From positions 39,060,001 through 39,124,000 of the forward strand of contig OX597834.1 of assembly GCA_951406725.2 (NCBI GenBank): a DNA stretch of 64,000 bases, given 5' to 3'. Under the pieces are notes generated by a model that did not search any database, was not told the origin of the DNA, and worked only from the letters and a program-made list of their open reading frames with translations. Below are positions 28,724 through 42,534 of the stretch, piece after piece. The first letter of the stretch is position 1. Each line of letters begins with the position of its first letter. Both the position numbers and the translations under genes were made by a program. This stretch comes from Octopus vulgaris (lineage: Eukaryota).

Positions 28724-29102
28724 CATATGCATACACACACACACAAACACTCACACACACACACATATATATATATATATACATATATATATACATATAC
28801 ACATATATATACTCATATATATATAGACAGAGATATATACATGCATACATATACATACATACATATATGTGTGTGTGTGTGTGTATATATATGTATGTAT
28901 GTATGCTTGTCTGAATGTGTGTATATGTACGCTCCTTTGATCTAGAACGTCTCTCCATACAGCCATTATATACTTACCGTAGGTCATGTCTTTCTTTGCC
29001 GTTCAGTTTGTTTAAGACTTCACTGTGAAGTGTAACTCGTGTGTATAACCATGTTTGTTGCGCTGCGTTGAGGTTTACGTATTTATTTAATTATTTCTTT
29101 CT

Positions 29103-29672
29103 TTGGGTCATCCTATAAATAATGTGCTTTTTCTTTTTTCAATTGCATCAACTAAAAATCGGATGGGTACGGGATAAATTACCTGCATAAACTTGCTATA
29201 AAAGCAGGTAGTAATTTTACCTTGTCCTTATTCTTAGTGCAAGTTTTGAAGAGTGCAGTTCATTTTTAACAGTTATTTTTCCAAAGCTATAATGGAAGTG
29301 ACAAAGGAGCACATTCGGCATATTTTGCTTTATGGGTTCAATAAAGGCAACAACGCAACGATAAGTGCGAGGAATATTAATGTAGTATACGGGGATCGGA
29401 ATGTAAGCATAAGCCAGTGTCAACTGTGTGGTTCCAGAAATTCCGAGCCGGAAACTACAGCCTAGAAAATGAGGCTCGTCTTGGAAGATCTGTAGAGCTT
29501 AACGTGGACGTCTTGCAAACCCTGGTGGAACAAAATCTCATCGTAACTGTTGAGGAACTAGCGGAGAAGCTTGGATTTGGTCATTTAACCAGTCATTCAA
29601 GTCAGCGCTAAAAGAAAAACGACCATCTTTGGTTTCAAGATGAATGTTGTCCTTCCATCAGGATAATGCTCA
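29103..29672 (+). pseudogene. Tc1/mariner element 5' fragment with decayed mariner transposase
   Basis: TIR-like ttgggtcatcctataaataatg at 29103; ATG at 29292 MEVTKEHIRHILLYGFNKGNNAT.. (mariner N-terminal HTH); frameshift into WFQKFRAGNYSLENEARLGRS; internal deletion to ALKEKRP..FHQDNA; ends at a SINE B. Confidence 0.92.
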
Positions 29673-29684
29673 AGCGATGGTGGT

Positions 29685-29908
29685 GGTGGTGGTGGGGGGG
29701 ACGAACACACATACCACACATACACACACCACACATACACACACACATACACATATACGACGAGCTTCTTTCAGTTTCCGTCTATCAAATCCACTCACAA
29801 GCCTTAAGTCTATAGTAGAAGACACTTGCCCAAGGTGCCACGCAGCGGGACTGAACCCGGAACCATGTGGCTGGTAAGCAACCTTCTCACCACACAGCCA
29901 CGCCTGCA
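29685..29908 (-). mobile_element. SINE family B, 5' part
   Basis: agacacttgcccaaggtgccacgcag..cacacagccacgcctgcac. Confidence 0.9.
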
Positions 29909-29974
29909 CATATGTAAATATATTTACAAACAATATAATAAAACACAATATAGAATAAAAGAATATAGCTTAAT

Positions 29975-30330
29975 AATTGTTTCAAATTTTGACCTATGGC
30001 TGAATTTGAACTCAGAACGTAAAGACGGACGAAATGCCGCTAAGCGATTTATCCGGTAGCGAATGATTTTGCCAGCTCACCGAATTACCACACACACATA
30101 TCTTGGTTTCAAATGGTTTCAAATTTTGGCACAAGGCCAGCAATTTCTGGGGGAAGGGTTAAGTCAATTATATCGATCTCAGAGCTTAATTCGTACTTAT
30201 TTCATCGACCCTGAAAAGATGAAAGGTAAAATCGGCCTCTACGGAGTTTGAACTCTGGACTTAAAGACGGACGAAACGCCGCTTCGCATTTTTCCTGGCA
30301 TGCTATCGATTCTGCCAACTCGCTGCCTTA
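29975..30330 (-). mobile_element. two tandem SINE family A copies (one deleted, one near full)
   Basis: ttcaaattttg..tttgaactc..aaagacggacgaaa occurs twice (29975-30085, 30115-30330). Confidence 0.85.
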
Positions 30331-30762
30331 GAGCCTAACATAATATGATACAATTTAATATAATACAAAATAATATATAAAATATATGATATAAAAATAT
30401 ATACTATAAAATATAAAATATATAAATGTAAAATATAAACAAAATAATAGAAAATGAGAAAAAAAAAATAATATATAAAAACATAATTACAAAAACCACA
30501 GATAAATTTCATCATCTTTCAGCGGATATCGAAGTGAAGTGTGTATAGAGACATACTCTTAGATATATAACGATCATCGATCTTGGAATGGTCGATTTAA
30601 TGACAGCCTTCGCAATGAAAAGAGATTTCCATAAGAAAGACAAATTTGGCAAGAAGTGTGGAATAAGTGAACCATAAAACACACAAAGTATTTAGGAAAT
30701 CGTCGAAACAAGGTTATAAAAACGTCAAGTTACAATGGTATTTGATGTGCTGTGGGAAAACA

Positions 30763-30763
30763 C

Positions 30764-30841
<78 letters not shown>
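30763..30841. repeat. (AAT)n microsatellite
   Basis: Directly visible. Confidence 0.97.
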
Positions 30842-30842
<1 letters not shown>

Positions 30843-31124
30843 GTGTGGAACGGGTGATGGGAAGAAAACGAGACTACCCGCACACGTAGACTCGTACGCT
30901 TACTTACGTAGCTATAGCTATGCCATCATATATCTACACACGTGGGAACACTCACACAGACACTCATTAACGTACACACACAAACACACACACACACACA
31001 CACAAATAAAAACAAAGATGTCTTTGCATAGGGCATAATAAAAGATTTTCCCTTTTATATTGAATCTTATAAAAACATATGCTTGTTTGCATGTGTGCAT
31101 ACATACGTACATACATACATACAT

Positions 31125-31172
<48 letters not shown>

Positions 31173-31245
31173 TATATATATATATATATATATTATATGT
31201 ATATATATATATATATATTCATATATATGCGTGCGTGTATGCATA

Positions 31246-31291
<46 letters not shown>

Positions 31292-31715
31292 CACATCCTT
31301 ATATAAGTGTACATGAATGTATATGCTTAGACAAATGAATATATATATAATTATATATATTTATATATGTGTGTATAAGCAGTTAGATATATGTATGTAC
31401 GTGCATACATACATAGATACATAGATACATATGCACACGCGACATGTCTATGAAATTTGAATATAATAGGGGGAAAAGGGGCCGTGAGTGGGGAACGGGC
31501 GCGAGAAGGAGAGCGGGAGACACCAGATTTCTCATCCACGAATTGTGGCTAAATTGTCCATGCTTGGATGACAATGGATGTTGACAGGAACATAAGTAAA
31601 TAAATAAACGCATAAACGCACCGCACCCCCCTCCCATCCCCCACCCCCCACTCCACCCACGCCACACCCTACACACATACACACACACACGATCACATAT
31701 ATGCACAGTTACTCG

Positions 31716-31749
<34 letters not shown>

Positions 31750-32198
31750 AAGACAGGAAGCTCCGGATGTTTGCGTGTCCAGTGCAGAAGAATCTGTGGG
31801 TTTAACATTAGGAACATCCAAAAGACAGAATTGTCATGTAAATTGTTATTTTATTATGTGTGTGTGTTGTTTGTTTGTTTGTTTGTTTATTTGTTTGTCC
31901 AACTTTTTGTTTATGTTTATAGAATTTCCCTTGTTGTTGTTGTTTGCCGTCTTCCATGTCGGCTGAATTCTAACTATCAAATTGTCCTCTTAGACATAGA
32001 CGCGCGCGCGCACACATACATAAACACATACACACACACACACCCGCAGGCACAAACGCACACACATACACGCTCACAAATATACACGTGTAGTATATGT
32101 ATATATATATATATATACCCAAAATATGTATATGTACACACACATTAACACACACTCAGAGACATTGATATATGTATATGTATGTGCATGTGTATATA

Positions 32199-32281
<83 letters not shown>

Positions 32282-32291
32282 TCACACACCG

Positions 32292-32326
<35 letters not shown>

Positions 32327-32461
32327 GTAAATTATACGTATATATCATATAGTAATATATGTATATATATATATATGCATATTATATATGAACAATATAT
32401 ATATGTTTATGTGAATCATATGCATATACGTATACACTTTATATATACATCTACATATATA

Positions 32462-32513
<52 letters not shown>

Positions 32514-32829
32514 CAGGTATAATCTATAACCTATTTCTTTTCATATATGTATGCATACACAAGCACATATATATATATGTACACACATGCACACATGTAA
32601 ATAAATATATAAACATATATATACCTGTGTGTGTGTGTGTGTGTATATGTCTATGCTTATGCGTATACGCACATATGTGTGCATTATTAACTCATTAGTA
32701 TTCTTGTTTGTGTTACGCCGTGCTGGTTGTTGCTATTTTAATGTTTTCTTTAAATACTTTCGCCATCCTATTTATTTGTTTGTATACATAAATATATACA
32801 CACACACCTATATATATATATATATACAA

Positions 32830-32861
<32 letters not shown>

Positions 32862-32889
32862 ATATATACATATATACATATATATATAC

Positions 32890-32921
<32 letters not shown>

Positions 32922-33491
32922 ATATAAATATATATATATTCGTATATAGAGCTATGATTGCTGTTGTTGTTGTCGTTGTTGTTATTGTTGATGTGATTGT
33001 CATTGATGCTATTACTAACTTGATCTATTATTTATGTAAAGTCTAGCATTTCATTTGTTTGATTTTTCCATTATGTTCCGTCGGCTTCCATATTGGCTGG
33101 CTGAACAGCTTCCGGTGGAAGCTTTTACAAAGAGACCGTTAGCGCATGCACATACGCACACAAACACACACACACACTATACATTTGCATATTCGTTTTA
33201 CGCAGACATGCTCTGACACACACATACACAAACAGACACAAACATCTGAATACTCAATCACACATAAACATACACACTTATATATTTACATAACTGTATT
33301 TACATATATATATATACACGCATACATATATTCACTTATATTCATATATGTACACACACACATACACACGCAGATATACACACACTCACAATAAATATTT
33401 GCATACTCAATCAGGTATACACAAATATTTATATACATATATATGTAAACACACACACTCACTCACACAAACAAACAAACAAACAAACACT

Positions 33492-33585
<94 letters not shown>

Positions 33586-33598
33586 TATATATATATAT

Positions 33599-33672
33599 GT
33601 GATTCTGTGTAAACGAGTGTGCGTACACACGCGCATGCATGTCTTTCTGTGAGTGAATGTATATGTATATAC

Positions 33673-33766
<94 letters not shown>

Positions 33767-33832
33767 ATATATATTCACACACAGACAGATATGCAAGCGC
33801 GTGTGCGCGCATACTCGTTTACACACAATCAC
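33599..33832. repeat. inverted repeat (~60-bp arms) around a (TA)n/(GT)n core
   Basis: Left arm gtgattctgtgtaaacgagtgtgcgtacacacgcgcatgcatgtctttctgtgagtgaat vs reverse complement of right arm gtgattgtgtgtaaacgagtatgcgcgcacacgcgcttgcatatctgtctgtgtgtgaat. Confidence 0.88.
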
Positions 33833-34256
33833 ACAATCATTTGAATATTCGGTCACACACACACACATACATTCATCTACACACACACCTATATTCGTGC
33901 ATGCACACCCAGATAAACATATTCGAACGCACGCAGAGACACACAGAGGCACGTTGATCCGCACACGGATGCACATGCTACATTCAGACGTATACACACC
34001 TAAAGCCATGTACACATTGCAATATTTCCTGCATTATTCTCGCAGATATACACGTACATAAATACACACATATATACACCTATATTCAAATCCACATATA
34101 CTCACACACTTAAACACTCACAAATCATAGAGCTGGACGTAATCACCTATGTTAAACGCATATATGTAAATACACGTATACACGTATACACGTATATATG
34201 AATTATATACACATACTTATATATGGCTATATGTATGTATACACACGCACGCACGC

Positions 34257-34585
34257 ACTGGCTGTATGGTAAGTAGCTTGCTTACCAACCACATTGTTCC
34301 GGGTTCAGCCCCACTGCGTGGCATCGTGGGCAAGTGTGTGTGTGTGTTTATCCATCACCACCGCTTGACAACCGGTGCTGGTGTGTTTACGTCCCCATAA
34401 CTTAGCGGTTCGGCATAAGAGACCGATAGAATATGTGCTAGGCTTACAAAGAATAAGCCCTTGGTTCGATGGGTTCGACTAAAGACGGTGCTCTAGCATG
34501 GCCGCAGTCAAATGACTGAAACAAATAAAAGAACAAAAGAATGCCGTAAAATTTCAGGCCGTCTGCCTATAGTAGAAAAGATTAT
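34257..34585 (+). mobile_element. SINE family B (internal deletion) followed by a SINE A tail
   Basis: B head and tail (gcttgacaaccggtgctggtg..tgactgaaacaa) then aaatttcaggcc..tagtagaaaagatt. Confidence 0.88.
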
Positions 34586-34692
34586 CCAACCAGTGTAGTG
34601 AGAGTCAACAACTGTACTTAGCTATGTTATTTAGTTATAATACACAGAGCCTATGAAGTGGAAAATTAAGATAACTACAAGTGTAAATTATA

Positions 34693-34791
34693 ACTTCCTA
34701 CGTACGTTTCACAGTTCTAGTTACTTCGAACTTAGCATTGTATGTTTTAAGCTCATTGGTATTACTACTTACAATGGATCATCAGGGAAAC
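34693..34791 (-). ncRNA. type I hammerhead ribozyme motif (Penelope-like) with long stem II region
   Basis: Minus strand GTTTCC-CTGATGA-[~68 nt]-GAAAC-GTAC-GTA^GGAAGT; palindromic stem III ACGTACGT; stem I pairs with wobbles; base of stem II imperfect. Confidence 0.7.
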
Positions 34792-35029
34792 ACCTTATTG
34801 AGTTCTGTTAATGAGATTTGGTAAATAATAAACTAGGACCCCAATTCCTTCATTTTGTCTCACCATTGAAATCCCCAGCAATATTGACCTCACATATTCA
34901 TCAGCTCCCTTTGTTTCTTATCTTTCATATATATATATATATACATACAAATGTTAATGGTGTAATTTTCTCGTAAGGGATTGTTAATAATAATAATAAT
35001 CCAGATGCCAACTGGCTTTATCAAATATA

Positions 35030-35115
35030 TTCATTTCTACTCTAGGCACAAGGCCCGAAATTTGGGGGCAGGGGGCCAGTCGATTAGATCGACTCAGTAC
35101 GCAATTGGTACTTAA
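35030..35115 (-). mobile_element. SINE family A 3' fragment
   Basis: ttctactctaggcacaaggcccgaaatt..gattagatcgac..ggtacttaat. Confidence 0.88.
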
Positions 35116-35450
35116 TATGTATATATGCATGTATATATCTACATATATGTATATACATATATGTATATATACATATATGGCCTGCTCGCTTAGCCAGCGG
35201 GGTGGCGTCATTCGAAGGCTAAAAGAATGCGAACGCATTGTGACCAGCGATGTGTAACAACATCTGATGGTCTGGTCGGTCACGTGATCACGTGATATAC
35301 ATATATATATATATATATGTATGTATATATACACATACATAGATAATACATACATATCTGCATACATAGATACATACATGCATACATACATACATACATA
35401 CATACATACAAACATACATACATACAAACATACATACATACATACATACA

Positions 35451-35484
<34 letters not shown>

Positions 35485-36001
35485 CATACATACATACATA
35501 CATACATACATACAAACATATATATATATACATAGTTCATGGTTTTTCTTTAGCGAGATCCACTACAGTTGTTACCTTAGCTTTTCCATTCCTCAATAAC
35601 CATTTCCTTAATCCACCTCTCCACACATGCCATCACCACCACTACCACCACCACCACCACCACCACCACTACCACCACCAACACCACTACCACCACCACC
35701 GCAACCGCTACTTATCCCTCTCTAAACCCTTACGTGCACACAGTCTTCCTTCCTTCCGCCAATGTTCCGTCCTTACCCCCTCCCGCACCCCACTTCTTTT
35801 CCTCTCCTCCTTCACCTCCACCTAACCGAACCCCACCCCATTCAGAATCTCGTCTTGACATTGTTTAATTTTACAATTTCTGCTTTATTTCCCAACCCTG
35901 CATGTTCCTCCACTCCTCCACCCGACTCCCTTTCATTTTCGCAAATATCTTCCGATCTCACATCATATTTTTTTTCCTTAATCACTTCATTGCCACCTCT
36001 T

Positions 36002-36054
<53 letters not shown>

Positions 36055-36109
36055 GCAGCTGCTGCTGCTGTTAATGTTTATTCCTGCAATATATTCAAAA
36101 TCATTATCA

Positions 36110-36589
36110 TTTTGATTAATTTGACCCCAGTGTTCAACTGGTACTTCAGTTTTATCGATCCCGGGAGGATAAAAGGCAAGGTCGACCGCGGTGGCGTTTG
36201 AGCTCAGAAGATAAAGAGTCGGACGGAAGAGATGTCCGATGTTTTAAATGAATTTGCTCGATCGCTGCAATGATAATAACAATGGCTTCAAATTTTGCCA
36301 CAAGGGCTGCCATTTTCGGAGAGGGGATGCACTAACGATTCTGCCAGATCCCCGTCTGCAATAATAATAATAATTCTTAGTACTATCGGCACAAAGCCTG
36401 AAATCGGGGGGGGGGGGACTGATCGATTATATCGACCTCAGTTCGCAACTGATACTTAATTTATCGACCCTGAAAAGATAAAAGGCGAAATCGACCTCGG
36501 CGGAATTTGAACTCAGGACGTAAAGACAGACGAAATACTGCTAAGCATTTCGCCCGGCGTGCTAACGTTTCTGCCAGCTCCGCCGCCTT
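36110..36589 (-). mobile_element. three tandem SINE family A copies (two partial, one full at 36372-36589)
   Basis: Repeated A-family blocks separated by (AAT)n. Confidence 0.88.
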
Positions 36590-36699
36590 TCTGTGTGAGT
36601 GAAAATAAGAAGACAGAAGCTACTCTGGAATCCTTGAGTGCAATTAAGATGAAAAACTTTATTATTAATTGAAGAGCAGTCTAGCTTCTCTTTCCATAA

Positions 36700-36760
36700 G
36701 CTCATCGACTGACCCCTTCCCCCAAAATTTCGGGCCTTGTACCTAGAGTAGAAAAGAATT
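36700..36760 (+). mobile_element. SINE family A tail
   Basis: atcgactgaccccttcccccaaaatttcgggccttgtacctagagtagaaaagaat. Confidence 0.88.
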
Positions 36761-37278
36761 TCACTTACAAAGTAGAAGTTTTGTCAGAGGTATACAGAGT
36801 GCTCTTTGCACAAGGAGCTACGCTGTGAGATTGAACTCAGTACGTCGTAGTCAAGAAATAAACATCGAAACCATTCGGATGAACTGTATTTACCGTTCTA
36901 CACACAACATTAAACCAAACGGAATTGTCACAACTGGAAAAGCTACGATAATAATAATAATCAAAGCCCTCGTCACCGATGAAACGACAACCACAGCCAA
37001 GTGTAGTTACCTTGGCCGAAATCGTAATGACTTTCAGTACGCCGGTGACAGGATGCGAAACGAACGAATCGTTGCTGAATTGTCTGACTCGCTAACGACT
37101 CACCCATTTGTGACACTTCTGTCACGTGAGAATGTGAAACGATTTTTAAAACTGAAATTAAAAGTGATTGATGGTTTGGATAATGTTTTTATTGCGAACA
37201 CTGTGGGAATAATTATATAACGAAGAAGATTGGATAACTCAGAGAGTAGTGCTGGCACCCCCACCCCACACATCTGTA

Positions 37279-37382
<104 letters not shown>

Positions 37383-37544
37383 TGTATGTATGTATGTATG
37401 TATGTATGTATGTATGTATGTATGTATGTATGTATGTATGTATGTATGTATATGTATATATATGCATGTGTATATATATGTTTGTATATATGTTTGCATG
37501 TATATCTATATCTATAGCATTCTATCCATCTATCTATCTATCTT

Positions 37545-37775
37545 ATTTCTTTACTTCCCACAAGGGGTTACACACAGAGGGGACAAACAAGGACAGACAA
37601 AGTGATTAAGTTGATTACATCGACCCCAGTGCGTAACTGGTACTTAATTTATCGACCTCGAAAGAATGATAGGCAAAGTCGACCTCGGCGGAATTTGAAC
37701 TCAGAACATAAAGACAGACGAAATACCGCTGAGCATTTCGCCCGGCGTGCTAACGTCTCTGCCAGCTCGCCTCCT
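37545..37775 (-). mobile_element. SINE family A, variant tail, full length
   Basis: A-family head and body with a different 3' segment (cacaaggggttacacacagaggggac). Confidence 0.9.
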
Positions 37776-37868
37776 TTGTAATATGTATATTGACTTTCGC
37801 ATGTATACACACACACATGCACACACACACACACACATATTTATACACACATTCATGCACAGAGCATG

Positions 37869-37900
<32 letters not shown>

Positions 37901-38652
37901 CACTCATGCATACATTCATGCACAGAGCATGCACACACACGTGCGCGTGCTTATATATTACTTGTATCATTCCAATACACACATACTCAAATGTGTGTAT
38001 ATGAATGTGTAAATGTGTGCATATATTTGTGTGTGGGCGTGCTTGTGCATGTCTGTGTGTGTGTGAGCGTGTGCAGATGTGTCTGTCTCTGCATGCATGT
38101 TTTAATATCATTGCATGTGTGTATGCCTGTGCGTGTGTGTGTAGACGTGTGTGGATGTATCTCTATATGTATGTGTTCATGTGTCTATACCTGTGTTAAT
38201 GTAAGAGTCTTTTTCGGTGTGGACGTATCTCTGTATGTATGTGTAAATTACATTGAGTGTTCGTATATGTTTCTGTATGTGTGTATGTGGATGTGTGTCT
38301 ATATGTATGTGTTTATGTATATGTATACACGCTTACATACGTGCTTGTATATATTACTCTACACATTCCTACATGAAAAAAAGGAAGTGTTTCCTAGTTA
38401 TTAATACTGTTGAAAAAAGCCTAGTTGTTTTGACTTAATCGTCAGCACCGCTAAGTCCTTCGTCTTAAAATCTGTTTTAAAGTGATAAACAGCGATACCG
38501 CTTGGAATGCTGGTAGGATTATAAGCGTGCAAGATTAGATATGGTAAGCAGTTTAGAATTGGGGATAAGCCGACGGTGAATCGACTCAGCGATGCAAGTT
38601 CGATTCTTGTTCTTAGGTAATGCTTTTACTTTGTTAATTGTCTCAAATATGT

Positions 38653-39018
38653 GGCACTCCATCGGTTACGACCACGAGAGTTCCAGTTGATCCGATCAAC
38701 GGAACAGCCTACTCGTGAAATTAGCGTACAAGTGACTGAGTACTCCACAGACGCGGGTACCCGAAACGTAGTTCTTGGGGGAGATTCAGCGTGACACAGA
38801 GTGTGATAAGGCCGGCCCCTTTGAAATACAGGTACAAGAGAAACAGGAAGAAGGAGTGAGACAACATAGCAGGGTTCGTCACCACCCCCTGTTGGAGCCT
38901 CGTCGAGCTTTAGGTGTTTTAGCTCAATAAACACTCACAACACCCGGTCTGGGAAGCGAAACCGCGATCCTGCGACCGCGAGTTCGCTGCCCTAACCACT
39001 GGGCCATTGCGCCTCCAC
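38653..39018 (-). mobile_element. SINE family C, full length
   Basis: Minus head gtggaggcgcaatggcccagtggttagggcagcg.. as at 11743; tail gtacctgtatttcaaagggg..gtaaccgatggagtgcc as at 55615-55789. Confidence 0.92.
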
Positions 39019-39214
39019 TATCAATATGTAAGACATAAGTATAATAAGTATGCGAGATTAGTTATGTCAAGTGGTGTAGAACTGGGGATAAGCCGACAGC
39101 GAATGGACTCAGCCATATAGGTTCGATTCTCGTTCTTGGCTACTATACGTCCTCTACTAATTCTCAAAACATAACTAGTCCGGGAACTTTTTGATAACAG
39201 TTCGTATGAAAGAC

Positions 39215-39415
39215 AAGCAGAACCGTTAGTACCTCAGGCAAAATACTTAGCGGCATTTCATCCGTCTTTATGCTCTGAGTTCAAATCCCGCCGAGATCGT
39301 ATTTGCCTTTCATCCCTTTCGGGATCGATAAAATAAGTGCCAGTCGAGCAATGGGGGTCGATGTAATCCACTTAACCCCTTCTCCGAAATTTCTGGCCTT
39401 GTGCCGAAATTTGTA
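39215..39415 (+). mobile_element. SINE family A
   Basis: gcagaaccgttagtacc..gagttcaaatccc..tcgataaaataagtgccag..ggccttgtgccgaaatttg. Confidence 0.88.
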
Positions 39416-39784
39416 GTCGATAGTCATACCTTGCAACATTCATGGCGCAATGCCTTGAAGAGCATAGCGAAGATACATGCATACATGATGGCTGTCTATG
39501 CGTTAGACGAGCATGACCATCACTGGCAGGGTTACGAATACCCGTGGAAGGGTTTCAAGTCGAGTATGGTTTCTATAAAACCACATCGACTCTCACTAGC
39601 AATACCAAGGCGTCCAGAGACAAGCAACGTGCAAGACATCCGACTCGGATCTTATATACGAGTCAGCTCCCTCCTAGAGGGACGTCTTGACAAACACCAG
39701 GCACCTCTCACTTCCAGTAGATTTACTCAACTCCTCGGGCATCAGCCTGTGTATTTTTACGTCCCATCGTTCTTATGTTTGTTA

Positions 39785-39938
39785 GTCCATAGCCGGGACC
39801 CTGACAGTTGCAGCTACTCCGGATCAGAGTAGACTTGAGGACGTTAGAGGCTAAAAGGTGGTCTCTAACTCCTCAAAACCATGGAATCTCTGAACCAAGG
39901 CCCCACAACTGGATGCGGTTTCAAGTCATAGCCAGGAC
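39785..39938 (-). mobile_element. degenerate retroposon 3' module (mollusc-type SINE/LINE tail)
   Basis: gggaccctgacag..ctactccggatcagagtagac..gtcatagccaggac resembles a repeat recalled from mollusc genomes; single copy here. Confidence 0.35.
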
Positions 39939-40633
39939 ATACATACATGCATGCATTAATCCATCCATCCATACATACATACATACATACATATAGACAT
40001 AAATACGCACATGCATATATACATACGTATATGAATGCATACATACATACATGCATAAATACACGCATGCATACATACCTACCTACATACGTACATACAC
40101 ACATACATTCATACATGCAAACATACATACATACATACATACATACATACAGACAGACATACATACATACACACATACATACATACATACATGCATACAT
40201 ACATACATACATACATACATACATACATACATACATACACACATACATACATACATACATACATACATACATACATACATACATACATACATACATACAT
40301 ACATACATACATACATACATACATACATACATACATACATACATACATACATACATACATACATACATACATACATACATACATACATACATGCATACAC
40401 ACATACATATATACGTATACGTACGCACAGACAGACGTCAGTGGACGTGTGTGAATCGGTTCCATTTAAAGTGTTCTCTCCATTGTTATCTTTGAGAATA
40501 GAAATCTCTGCAATTGTTTGAAGTGCCGGTCACATGATCTCCGCCATTTCTCAATATTCTTTCGACGTGTTTCTCTTCTGTTCATAATTACAAACTCTCA
40601 CTGACATTTCTGTAAACATTTAGACATGCTTTG

Positions 40634-40729
<96 letters not shown>

Positions 40730-40767
40730 CACACATACACACACAGTCACACACAGAGTCACACACA

Positions 40768-40803
<36 letters not shown>
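39938..40803. repeat. (CATA)n and (CA)n microsatellites
   Basis: Directly visible (about 39938-40392 and 40635-40803). Confidence 0.95.
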
Positions 40804-40804
<1 letters not shown>

Positions 40805-40930
40805 TCACACAAACATACATATATACAAACATTCACTGAACACCCGTCTATATACCCACGTCTTTTGAACACACACACACATACACATATTCATTGAACA
40901 TATATATATATATATATATACATACACACA

Positions 40931-40978
<48 letters not shown>

Positions 40979-41557
40979 CACATATCCATACATAATACAG
41001 ACATACGTACAATGCATACATATATAAACACACATAATATGACTCTATTTGAACAGTGAACAAATACACACTCAACATGTACAGTCTGCACGTACATACA
41101 TACATATATACATACATAAATACATACATATATATATACACATACATAAATACATACATATATATATATATACATATGCATACATACATACCTACATTCA
41201 TACATATATACAAACACTCATATGTACACAAATACACATGAACACACACGCACTTGCTCACACACACACACACACACACAGACACACACACATTCTTGGT
41301 ATAATAAATAAAAGGGGAAAAAATCTTTACTTTCTTCTAAACTGATGTTTGTCTTAAGCTGACAAACTAATACTGTGGTTGTTATTGATGTCGTTGTTGT
41401 TGCTGTTGTTGTGGTTGTTGTTGCTTTAGTTTTATGTTCAACTTATATTATAATAAACAGTCGGGCAACTTGTTTTCTTCAAACTGGTAATTGCGATTCT
41501 GTTTGAAGTTACGCTAAAACAAACAACTATATATACATGCATTTGTGTGTGTGTGTG

Positions 41558-41678
<121 letters not shown>

Positions 41679-41754
41679 GGATATATATATATACATATAA
41701 CACAATTTGTACACATATGTACATATGTATACACACACATGCATATATATATAT

Positions 41755-41811
<57 letters not shown>

Positions 41812-41813
41812 CT

Positions 41814-41877
<64 letters not shown>

Positions 41878-42534
41878 CATAATTGTATAAAACCATATCT
41901 ACACATGTACATATATATATATATGTATATATGATATATACATATATATATATATGTATGTATACACACACATATATATATATGCAACATATACATATGA
42001 GGGGCGAGAGAGGGAGAGAAATAAAGACCGGGAGAGATGTATTTCTAGTCTTAGAATAATTCGGAAGACACGGATTTCTGTTTTTTTTTCTTCTTTTTTT
42101 TCTAACATGCCTTTAAGTGAAACTAAACGAAAAAGTTCAAATCCACTGCGACCATCCCAACAAACTCTTCCTACGTCACCACAACCAACCACCACCACCG
42201 TAGCTTATGTCACATGTATAACAAAGAATACTCTCTTTTTCGTTTCACCACCACCACCACCGCCTCCCCCACACTCACCACTTGACGGCCGCTTAATTTA
42301 CCGTCTCCCACGAAGATTGAAACACAAGGGCGGAATTTGAAGTGAGAATGTAAAGTGATGTTCTATAGGAAAACCGCACAAAATTTTTGTCCAAACACAC
42401 CGTGGAATCAGTCACTGCCATGCTGCTACGACTCACCACCACCACCACCACCGCCACCATCACCACTATCACTACTACTATTACTGCTGCTACTATTGTT
42501 ACTACTTCTATCACTACAACAAATTCTTTCTAAG

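Noticed and set aside
36825-37220. 131-aa non-repetitive ORF
   Set aside because: GTG start, no recognisable domain and no splice evidence; length is compatible with chance
39401-39832. 143-aa ORF
   Set aside because: Starts inside a SINE tail and runs into another repeat; no recognisable protein
42340-42400. Possible mariner right-TIR remnant (aaaaccgcacaaaatttttgtccaaac)
   Set aside because: Too short and degenerate, with no matching left end
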